NCBI RefSeq assembly: GCF_004010195.1
Contig: NC_057718.1
Span: 36,130,501-36,194,500, forward strand
DNA length: 64,000 bases
Reading direction: 5' to 3'
DNA from: Chiloscyllium plagiosum
Taxonomy: Eukaryota
Part shown: positions 52,052-62,777 of the stretch, one piece after another
Layout of the letters: each line of letters starts with the position of its first letter
Position numbering within the stretch: the first letter of the stretch is position 1
The notes under the pieces: generated by a model
Seen by the model: the letters and a program-made list of their open reading frames with translations, nothing else
Databases searched by the model: none
Told to the model about the DNA's origin: nothing
Position numbers and translations under genes: made by a program

Positions 52052-53565
52052 TTAAGGGGGTGGCTCGGGAAATCGTGGATGTGTTGGTGATTATTTTCCA
52101 GAGTTCGGTGTCGGTTCCTGAGGATTGGAGGGTGGCTAATGTTATACCACTTTTTAAGAAAGGTGGGAGAGAGAAAGCAGGAAATTATAGACCAGTTAGT
52201 TCTGACCTCAGTGGTGGGAAAGATGCTGGAGTCTATTATAAAGGATGAACTTACGGCACATCTGGATAGTAGTAACAGGATAGGTCAGAGTCAGCATGGA
52301 TTTATGAAGGGGAAATCATGCTTGACTAATCTTCTGGAATTTGAGGATGTAACTCTGAAGATGGACGAGGGAGATCCAGTAGATGTTGTGTACCTGGACG
52401 TTCAGAAAGCTTTTGATAAAGTCCCACACAGGAGGTTAGTGAGTAAAATTAGGGCGCATAGTATTGGGGACAAAGTACTAGATTGGATTGAAAATTGGTT
52501 GGCTGATAGGAAACAAAGGGTAGTGATAAACGGCTCCATTTCGGAATGGCAGGTAGTGATCAGTGGGGTACCACAGGGATCAGTGCTGGGACCGCAGCTT
52601 TTTAAAATATATGTTAATGATATAGAAGATGGTATCACCAATAACATTAGCATATTTGCTGATGATACAAAGCTGGGTGGCAGGGTGAAATGTGATGAGG
52701 ATGTTAGGAGATTGCAGGGTGACCTGGACAAGTTACGTGAGTGGGCAGATGCATGGCAGATGCAGTTTAATGTGGATAAATGTATGGTTATCCACTTTGG
52801 TAGCAAGAACAGGAAGGCAGACTACTACCTCAATGGAATCAATTTATGTAAAGGGGCAGTACAAAGAGATCTGGGTGTTCTTGTACACCAATCAATGAAG
52901 GCAAGCATGCAGGTACAGCAGATAGTGAAGAAGGCTAATAGCATGCTGACCTTCATAACAAGAGGAATTGAGTATAGAAGCAAAAAAGTGCTTCTGCAGG
53001 TGTACAGGGCCCTGGTGAGACCACACCTGGAGTACTGTGTGCAGCTCTGGTCACCAAATTTGAGAAAAGACATTCTGGCTATTGAGGGAGTGCAGCGTAG
53101 GTTCACGAGGTCAATTCCTGGAATGGCGGGATTACCTTACACTGAAAGACTGAAGCGACTGGGCTCGTATACCCTTGAGTTTAGAAGACCGAAAGGGGAT
53201 TTGATTGAGACATATAAGATTATTAAAGGATTGGAAACATGTTTCCGCTGATGGGTGAGTGCCAAACCAGAGGACACAGCTTAAAAATACGGGGTAGACT
53301 ATTTAGGACAGAGATGAGGAGAAACTTCTTCACCTAGAGAGTGGTGACTGTGTGGAATGCTCTGCCCCAGAGGGCAGTGGAGGCCCAGTCTCTGGATTCA
53401 TTTAAGAAAGAGTTGGATAGAGCTCTCAGATTGTGGAATCAAGGGTTAAGGAGATAAGGCAGGAAGAGGATACGGATTAGGAATGATCAGCCATGATCAT
53501 ATTGAATGGTGGTGCAGGTTCGAAGGGCTGAATGGCCTACTCCTGCACCTATTGTCTATTGTCTA
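52052..53565 (+). mobile_element. Young CR1 fragment with a 370-codon open RT frame (52139-53251)
   Basis: QHGFMKGKSCLTNLLEF, YLDVQKAFDKVPH, GVPQGSVLGP, IFADDTKL; (ATTGTCT)n tail. Confidence 0.96.
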
Positions 53566-53925
53566 TTAAAATTCTCATTCTCGTTTTCAGATTGCAGCAT
53601 GGCCCTATTCTTCTTTATAATCCTTCGAGATGTCTGTTCTCATTGAATTCTTATTTCTTGTGCATTACTACGTTTAGGCTTTCTATTTGTGGTGGCTGCA
53701 CCTTCAGAAGCTGGAAATCCCTCTTTTCACTTTGCCTTCCCATCTCAGTTTCCCCATTTAATACGGTCCTTTAAACCTACCTCTTTGACCCAAATGTTGG
53801 TCACCTGAACTTACATCGATTTTACATTGTTCTGTAACACATTTTGTTTTAGAATGCCCCTGTGAAGTGCCTGGAGATATTGTACTATGTTACTGGTACT
53901 AAATAAATATAAATATATGATTGTT
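53566..53925 (+). mobile_element. L2-like LINE 3' fragment
   Basis: ttaaaattctcattctcg...taaacctacctctttgacc...cctgtgaagtgcctgg. Confidence 0.6.
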
Positions 53926-54214
53926 GGCCCAGCCATGAGATGCCCACATCCCTTAAATGAATATTAAAATAGAAGTTGTTGTTGCTTCACCAAGATAACA
54001 TAAGCATGACATGATAAGAGTTTGCATCATTAGGGCTCAATGGAAGAAGAAACATGTTTCTATGCAAATAATAATCTTGCAGAGCAACAGCAAGATAAAG
54101 CAGATACTATTGCAACCACATTTTTTTGTAGTTTCTGAATTTACTCTTTGGATCGTTTTGTGTTTTATGTGCTTGGCCGACTGTGCTTCACTTGTTGTTT
54201 GTGTGTTATTGCAG

Positions 54215-54236
54215 TGATGGGAGGAGGTCCATCCAC
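54215..54236 (+). other. Candidate 22-nt host-gene microexon
   Basis: Long T/TG-rich tract ending ttgcag, purine-rich 22-mer, consensus donor gtaagt, in apparently unique DNA. Confidence 0.5.
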
Positions 54237-54414
54237 GTAAGTTGTAGCACAGTGATACTGATTATTATCACCATTTCAACAGCTCAGTTGAAAATCAAAG
54301 AATAGGATGTAGTTCCTCAAACTGTTGCCATTTTATTTCAAATATTGGCCTAATACAATGAGTTTAATATAAATTACTGTGATGAAGGAAAACAATGGTA
54401 ATAAATAGTAATTA

Positions 54415-54730
54415 GGGTGGCACGATGGCTCGGTGTTAACACTTCTGCCTCATAGTTCCAGGGACCCAGGTTTAATTCCACCCTCAGGTGACTGTGTGAA
54501 GCTGCACATTCTCCCTATGTCTGTATGGGTTGCCTTTGGGTGCTCCGGTTTCTTCCCACAATCCAAAGATGTACAGGTTAGGTGGATTGACTATGGTAAA
54601 TTGCCAGTAGAGTCCAGGAACATGCAGGCTAGGTGGATTAACTAGGAGAGATAGGTGGGATGTTCTTCAGAATGTCGGTGTGGACTCAATGGGTTAAATG
54701 GCTTGCTTTCACACTGTACGGGATTTTATG
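54415..54730 (+). mobile_element. HE1-type V-SINE (old)
   Basis: Diverged head, V-domain and tail. Confidence 0.85.
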
Positions 54731-57419
54731 ATGAAGTACACATTTCCATTAAAGATTCCTCCCATGCACCTCCATCTTAAGGAGAATTCAGAAAGTTCAA
54801 GGCTTTATGAAGACAGCAGATTCTGCATTATAAATTTTACTTGCTCTTTCTCAAGTCCTTGCCTGAAATGTGGAGATTTTATTTTGTTATCTTAGCCGTT
54901 CTTGGTAGATGTACCTGTTTGAAGGCAGGGGACAGATGTAAAATGCAACCAGTTTCCTGCCTGCCTGCTGCCTTCCTGACTGCCCTGAACTATCTCCCAT
55001 TTTATGAGAGATGATAGACTGAACAAGGCTGTGCAATGTCTCTTTCAGGCAGCTACCTAAGTGTCTCATCTTAATTTACTCACGGCAGCGGGAAGCCAAG
55101 CCAATCAGTTACTTCATCAGGAGTGGAGAATTGCCGTTGACTTTTATTCCATCTAATCAGAGCTGTTGAGCCAAGTTGTAACCATTTCCTCCAAACCTTA
55201 GCTTGAATATATGATCGAGTATTGGGACCATTCTGTTCTCTTTAACTCGGTTCCATAATGGACTGATCACAGAACTATTGTGACTTTGTCAGTTATCATT
55301 TTAACTACAGCTGGTTTTGATTTATCACCATTATAGTACCGAGTGGAGCATAGACAACAAATTGAATGGTAGTTTATATATCCAATTGGCTGTGATCAGT
55401 CCCTTTGTCAATACAATGAATATGCAGCACAGATTGTCTCCCAGTACTAAGGCCTCTAACATAAATCTAATCAAATCAAATTGTAAACCAGCCCCTATGT
55501 CAATTAACCAACGGAACGGTTTGTAATGCAAGGAATTTTAATGTCCCTCTTGAACCGTGGAGGAAAAATTTGTGCACAACTTTTGCTTGTCACTTTTCCC
55601 TTCTCCTGGTCCTGCCCAAAATCCCTTCACACCGTTATTTAAATATTCAGGGGAGATGCCCACACTTTAGTGGCACAACAGCTTCAAGGTGTGGACATTG
55701 CTGGCAAGCACACAGTTTAATGGCAATCATAAGTTATTCTTGAGGAGGGGATCATTAACCACCCTCTCAGTGTGCATGATAAAATTACTTCCATAATGCA
55801 TTTAAAAATGTAGATCCAGGAATCTGACTCAATAATAGTGATATATGTTCAAGTCAGGATGGAGTTTGATGAGAGAAAGTTGAATGCTCAAACAAAATGG
55901 TAAAACATTTTATTACGTCGCTTTCACGAGAAGAGAGGTCAATTTGTTAAGTGATTTCTCTAGTACAATTGCCTTGGGAGGCCTGCTTAAATTAGGTGTC
56001 AATAGATCCTCTGCAGGATGTATGTTTGCTTTCAAGATAACTAGATCTCAATGGAACATCCAAGGAGCTTAGTGGAAGTCAAATGATAGCCAGGCTATCA
56101 TGTGAGTTCACTCTGCTCAGATATCTCTTGTACAATATTACAATGTAGACCTAAGAATAACCCAAGGGTTTCCAGTCTATGTTTAATAAAGAAACTTATG
56201 AAAGGTGTAAGTTGAAACATTTGAATCCTGCCCTAAACTGTGCTGCCTCACTGGAGCTGCATTCTTCCAAATGAATGTGAAATATTAAACCTCACATAGC
56301 TTTAAGAAGTATGTTCATAACACTTAAAATTGCAGCAACATAATTTAGACCACTATGATTTGTAGGGGTTCCAAAACAAGTTGAAATTTAAGCTAATCTC
56401 AGGACAACTGCAGCATGAAATTTCTCCTAGAAATCCCATTCAGTAGCATCCTTTTTTCTGTAGTTATGCAATTGCCTGTTCAGAGCTGTGGGAATAGAAT
56501 GATAAGCGATTTCCATTTTGGTAAAAAAGTTTTTCTCCTAAAGTTTTAATTGCAGGCTTGTTATTAAATCTGATTTCTCATTATTGCAGCTCTTGAACAT
56601 AAAATTAATCATAAAATTCTGATTTGTTTTTATATGGGGAAAATCATCGATGTTTCTAAATCGACCTCATTCAGATATCTGTAAATGCTGAAGTTAAAGC
56701 TGAAAGTGCTTGATGGGTACAGCAGGCCTCTGAGCATATGGATTAGAACTTCTACTCTTCGTCAGAACTGTTGTAATGATCTTGCATTAAGTGCCAGTAA
56801 TTGCTGTCAGAAGAAATTCATGCTCACAGTAGTGTTGTTAAAGTTGCAAAATTCTGTGCAATGCAGTGTTTTTGATGTCCATGCTTTTAGTATGCAATAG
56901 AAAATCCTTGACTGCCTTTTATTTTAAACCAAAAATCTCATGTGGATTAATTAAAATTTGAAACACTGCCAGAACAATAACTCGTGAATTTTAATTGCCA
57001 TTTCAACTGACAGTTACCCTCACACTATTTATTGAATAACATAATGCTGGTAAAACACTTTTAGGAATTGATCGGAAGAGAAAAGTACAGTTCTTAAGCA
57101 ATAGTTTTTAAAAGTCTCCTCGGATCAGATTCAGTTCAGATCTTTTTGATTCTTTCTGAAGTTGATTCCTTTGTTCTTTAGCATTTGTTCAGTGTATGAG
57201 CTGGATAAGCAGTTCATGTAATAGCTTTAAAATATTTGAAGCTACAAAGTTGAAAGATAATGAGGGATTCAAAGCTGAAACATGGATTTGGAGATCAGAT
57301 AACATGGAGCTTCAAATCCAGAGTATGGATTTGTATTCCATTTACAACATTTATTTGTACAGTTGTAGCTAATTGTAACTTTTTTAAAAAGTGCTTGTTT
57401 TATTGACTCCACATATTCA

Positions 57420-57495
57420 TTATGCCTGAAAAGTCAATTTTCTTGCTCCTTGGATGCTGACTGACCTGCTGTGCTTTTCCAGTACCACACTTTCC
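57420..57495 (+). mobile_element. PLE family A mini-insertion, about 15-bp TSD
   Basis: gactccacatattca 57405-57419 and gactccacgtattca 57496-57510; begins at ttatgcctgaaa (hammerhead stem II loop). Confidence 0.85.
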
Positions 57496-58227
57496 GACTC
57501 CACGTATTCAGAATGCTGTTCACAGTCATTTATGTTGAATTTAAAGTTTTTCTGTTGCCACTTATAGTAAAGGTTTATTATATGGTATTATCTGGGATCT
57601 TTGGTCTAAAATAGAGGTAAATGAGCTTTGCATTTTTAGTTCTGTAAATGTGACACTTTTTAAAAGATCAGAAACACATTTTAGAAGCAGGGCCAAAACA
57701 GCATTTCTAAGAAATCACAATGTAAGTCAAATAAATATCCAAGCTACCTGGAGTGATAATTGTTGAAGGGTATACTAATTTGAGACTTATAAACCTGTGA
57801 AAGACAGGACCATGTCCAGAAGCAGGTTCAGTTCAGAAGCAAAGATCCATGCCAGCATTTGGGCTTTTTTAGCAGCCCAAAAGTTGTCATAGTAACTGTA
57901 AAAGGCTCAGAGATTTTAGAGATTTCTGAGAAATGTCAGTGAGTTAACCTGTTTCTGCTTGTCTTTGGGAGAGATGGAAAGAATAATGTCTGGTGATTGT
58001 GCAGAAAATCAGCAGAAAGAAGTACTTGTAATCTCATCAGTTGCAAAAGAATTGAGGTTTGAGTATTATGGTTCTGGGTGGAAATGGTTGAGTGTTTTTG
58101 TTGTTTATATTGTGTGATAAATGTATGCCTTTTTGTTTAAAGTACATGTGTAGCCTCTTCTAAACATAATTAGTGACTGACAACTAAGGTAACTGAATTG
58201 TTAAAATTAAACTTTTGGTCTATCAAT

Positions 58228-61186
58228 CAGGTAGACAGGATGGTGAAGAACCTGTCTGGTACACTTGCCTTTATTGGTCAGTGCATTGAATATATTGAAT
58301 AGAGGGGTCAGGAGGTCATGTTACAAGTGTGCAGGATATTGGTTAGGCCATGTTTGGAATACTGCATTCAATTCTGGTGTCCCAGCAAAAGGAAAGATAT
58401 TGTTATGGGAGATTTCAACATGCACGTAGACTGGGAGAATCAGGATGGTATTGGACCTCAAAAAAGGGACTTTGTGGAGTGCCTCTGAGATGCATTTTTA
58501 GAACAGCTGGTGCTGGAGCCTACCAGGGAGAAGGCAATTCTGGATCTGGTGTTGTGCGATGAACCAGAATTGATCAGGGACCTTGAAGTGAAGGAGCCAT
58601 TGGGAAGTAGTGATCATAATACAATAAGCTTCAATCTGCAATTTGAGAGGGAGAGGGTACAATCGGAAGTGACAATATTTCAGTTGAATAAAGGGAACTA
58701 TGGAGCTATGAGGGAGGAGCTGGCCAAAGTTCAATGATGCAATACCTTAGCAGGGATGACAGTGGAGGAACAATGGCAGATATTTCTGTGTATAATGCAG
58801 AAGATGCAGGATCGATTCATTCCAAAAAGGAAGAAAGATCCGAGGAGGAGGCATGGGTGGCCGTGTTTCTGGATTAGTAGTGCTGGAAGAGCATAGCAGT
58901 GGCCGTGGCTGATGAGGGAAGTTAAGAAACATATAAAGTTAATAGAGAAAAAGTATAACATAGCAAAGATAAGTGGGAAAACGGAGGACTGGGAAGCTTT
59001 TAAAGAGCAACAGAGGATCCCGTCCTTTTGAACAGCAGAGCCTGCCACGGTGCCATGAACCTGGCTATTGTTGCCTTCCCGTGGTGAGCCATCTCCCTTC
59101 ACCGTATCCAAAATGCTAAACCTGTTTTGGAGGGAGATAACCACAGGGCACATCTGCACTGCCTTCCTGCTCTGTCTCTGCCTTTTGGTCACCCATTCCC
59201 TTTCTCCCTCAGCAATCCTCATCTGTGGTATGGCCATTTCACTAAACGTGCTATCTATAACCCATCAACATCGTGGATCCATCATTCGGTCTATGAAGAC
59301 CTCACAGATAACACTTCAGATACCATCGCCATTACATTCCTGAATATGTTCTGTCCCACCAGCAGGACAACCCAGCAGAGGTAGCGGCACGGTGGGATAC
59401 AGTTGGGAGGGAGTTGCCCTGGGAGTCCTTGACATTGACTCCGGCCCCCTTGGAAGTTTCATGGCTTCAGGTTAATCATGGGCAAGGAAACCTCTTACTG
59501 GTTACCATGTACCGTCCTCCATCAGCTGATGCATCAGTACTCCACCATGTTGAACAACACTCGGAGGAAGCATTGAGGGTGGAAAAGGTGCAAAATGTAC
59601 TCTCGATGGACGTTTCAATCACCACCACCAAGAGTGGCTCAGCAACAGCACTACTGATCGAGCTGGTCAGGTTGCAAAGGGTATAACTGCTAGAGTTGGT
59701 CTGCAGTGGTGGTGAGGGAAGCAACAAGAGGAAAAAACATATTTGACCTCATCCTTAATAATCTGCCAGCTGTAGAACATCTGTCCATAATGGTATCGGT
59801 AAAAAATGAGCACCGCACAGTCCTTGTGAAGACAAATTCCCACCTTCACATTGAGAATACCCTCCATCATGTTTTATGGCTCTATCACCGTGCTAAATGG
59901 GACAGACTTGGAAACAATCTAGCAACTCAAGACTGGGCATCCATGAGGCGCTGTGGGCCATCAACAGTAGCAGAATTGTCCTCCAGCACAGTCTGTAACC
60001 TCATGGCCTGACATATCCCCCACTCAACAATTAGCATCAAGCCAGGGGATCAACCCTGGTTCAATGGAGACTTAGGAGTGCATGCCAGGAGCAGCACCAG
60101 GCATAGCTAAAAATGAGGTGTCAACCTGGTGAAGCCACTAAACAGAACTACTTGCATGCAAGATGGTATAAACAGCAAATGATAGACAGAGCTAAGTGAT
60201 TGTAGGTTCACGAGGTCAATTCCTGGAATGGCGGGATTACCTTACACTGAAAGACTGGAGCGACTGGGCTTGTGTACCCTTGAGTTTAGAAGACTGAGAG
60301 GGGATCTGGTTGAGACATATAAGATGGTCAAAGGATTGGACACTCTGGCGGCAGGCAACATGTTTCCGCTGCGGGGTGAGTGCCGAAACAGAGGACACAG
60401 CTTAAAAATACGGGGTAGACCATTTAGGACAGAGATGAGGAGAAACTTCTTCACCCAGAGAGTGGTGGCTGTGTGGAATGCTCTGCCCCAGAGGGCAGTG
60501 GAGGCCCAGTCTCTGGATTCATTTAAGAAAGAGTTGGATAGAGCTCTCAAGGATAGTGGAATCAAGGGTTATGGAGATAAGGCAGGAACAGGATACTGAT
60601 TAAGGATGATCAGCCATGATTATAATAAATGGTGGTGCAGGCTCAAAGGGCAGAATGGCCTACTCCTGCCCCTATTGTCTATTGTCTAAAACCTGAAAGG
60701 TTTCAGAAATGATTAACAACAACGTTGCCAAGGTTGGAGGGTTTGAGCTATAATGAGAGGCTGAATATGGTCAGGCTATATTCCCTGGAGGCCGAGGGGT
60801 GGCCTTATAGAGTTTTATAAAATCATGAGGGGCATGAATAAGGTGAATAGCCAAGGTAATTTCCCAAGATAGGGAAGTCCAAAACTAGACAGCATAGGTT
60901 TAAGGTGGAAAGAAAAGATTTAAAAAGAGCCTAAACAGCAACTTTTTCACACAATGGGTATTGTGCGTATGAAGTGAGCTGCCGGAGGAGATGGTGGAGG
61001 CTGATATGATTATAGCATTCAAAAGGCATCTGGGATGTGTATATGAATAGGACGGACTTAGAAGGATATAGGCCAAATGTTGGCAAATGGGACTAGATTA
61101 ATTTAGGATATCTGGTCAGAATGGACGATTTGGACTGAAAGGTCTGTTTCTGTGCTGTACATCAGTGACTCTGTGACTATGACTCT
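58228..61186 (+). mobile_element. Nested CR1 mosaic: outer CR1 (58228-58403 and 60688-61186) containing CR1 APE, inverted ORF1 piece, second-family APE and a CR1 3' end
   Basis: MGDFNMHVDW/SDHNTISF; minus-strand EWVTKRQ...ISLQNRFSIL; YRPPSADASVL; RGDLVETYK with attgtct tail. Confidence 0.85.
58866..58898 (-). mobile_element. 33-bp PLE family A-like micro-insertion, 9-bp TSD
   Basis: gtggccgtg at 58857-58865 and 58899-58907; gtgctggaagagcatagca resembles gtgctggaaaagcacagc. Confidence 0.7.
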
Positions 61187-61419
61187 AGGACAATATACTG
61201 GTGCACCAATCCAAACTGGGATCAATGAGATTGGAGGTCAATTTGGTTGTAGTAAATAAGATGGAATATTAAACTATTCATTCTTCACATTTTTATGGCC
61301 TTTTGATTGAACTGAAGAATTACATTTTTATTTTTGTTATGTCTCAAAACAAACAGTTTTGGAAAGATTAATTAGGGTGGGTATACAACGCATAGGCAAT
61401 TTGCTACCACTGGTTTTCA

Positions 61420-61746
61420 TGATGTGGAGGAGCTGGTGTTGGATTGGGGTGGACAAAGTTAAAAATCACAACGCCAGGCTATAGTCCAACAGGTTTAATT
61501 GGAAACACTAGCTTGCGGAGCGCTGCTCTTTCCTCAGGTTGTTGTGAAGTATAAGATCATAACACACGGAATTTATAGCAAAAGATTACAGTGTCATACA
61601 GTGATATATTGAACAAACCTGGATTATTAAATCTTTCATCTTTTAGAATGGATTTACATATTAATGAACCAAAACCTGCAACCCATTCTAAAAGATGAAA
61701 GATTTAACAATCCAGGTTGATTCAATATATCACTGTATGACACTGT
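61420..61746 (-). mobile_element. PLE-type family B terminus with internal inversion
   Basis: Tail and mutated hammerhead on the minus strand; 61589-61651 inverted versus 61683-61746. Confidence 0.82.
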
Positions 61747-61819
61747 ATAACTATCAGTTTTGGCAAATCATGCCTTTTTTCAGCAATACTCAATTTTTGT
61801 ACTACCAAATGTCTATCTG

Positions 61820-62070
61820 AATATATATTGACCAGGACATGAGGAATATCTCCCTTTGGTTCTTGGCTAAAATAGTGCCATGGGATCTTCCTGTGTTCAT
61901 TTCAAGGAGGGGACATGGCTTTAATCTAAGCCTCTTATCCAAACATAATACATGTGGCAGTGAAGTATGCCATCATTGACTTTTGTGCTTAAGGCCTGGA
62001 ATGGGACTTAAATACACCACCTGCTGCTGACTGAGAAGTGAGAGTGCTACCAATTGAGTCACAATTGACA
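61820..62070 (-). mobile_element. Old tRNA-derived SINE, DeuSINE/SacSINE1-like
   Basis: Minus-strand head gtgactcaattggtagcactctc, tttaagtcccattcc, aagatcccatggcactatt. Confidence 0.6.
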
Positions 62071-62372
62071 TTCACAAAGAGTGTAATCAGTAAGAATATA
62101 TGCCCTACAAAAGGTTTTGGATTACATGTAATCCTTCATCTGTTGGTTGTACAATTCCTTAAAAAAACTCAGTTTTAAATTTTAATATTTTGTCATTTCA
62201 ATGACTTTAAAAGTCTGTTTCTCTTTTGTGAATTCCAAATAACATTTATGAGAACAATACTGAGATGCTTTAATTTCTGATTGCTTTCATCATCTGATAT
62301 TCATCTACAGCTTTGTTAGCGGCAGATGTACTTCCTTTTTCTGTTTTGAATCTGCCCTTTCTCCTCTGTCAG

Positions 62373-62777
62373 AGAGCTAACAGCCCCATACACCTCATTA
62401 ACCTGCCTCCTTTAAAAATAATAGTTCTGCAGCTGCAGTTAGTGGCAGCCTGATTTTGACATTACTCAAAAAGTTAATCAAAATCTTAAAGGAACAATTG
62501 CTTTCATCAATAGAGAACGATTATATCCGGATTTCTGTCTGTCCTTTTTGTCCTTATCTTGCTGGAAATGTCGGATTTCTTCTATAATTGGCAGAGAAAA
62601 AAAAGCACAGAATTCAAGGCGGGGCTGCCCGACCTCCATGAAGAATTACTCATTCCTCAACACCATACTATTGTTGCACTGGGAAGTTTTGCCAGTTATC
62701 AGTAACACAACAGGTAATCTTGCTTCTGATCTTTGTACTGAAAGTCCTGAATTTGGGCACATTCAATCAGCTTTCAA
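62373..62777 (+). other. Candidate host-gene exon (5' UTR plus possible start at 62638); strand and ends unresolved
   Basis: Strong acceptor ccctttctcctctgtcag at 62372; donors ag|gtaatc (62713) or aa|gtgagt (62777); CpG retention. Confidence 0.35.

Noticed and set aside
52402..53106. Minus-strand ORFs (also 939-1439, 1078-1509, 33405-33623, 60242-60565)
   Set aside because: Antisense frames of CR1 ORF2.
52139..53251. Domesticated or functional RT gene
   Set aside because: 5'-truncated, frameshifted at both ends and followed by a normal CR1 tail.
62638..62713. Naming this exon GLRA1, LEPR or similar
   Set aside because: Only a few matching residues in a hydrophobic leader, which is insufficient for a gene symbol.
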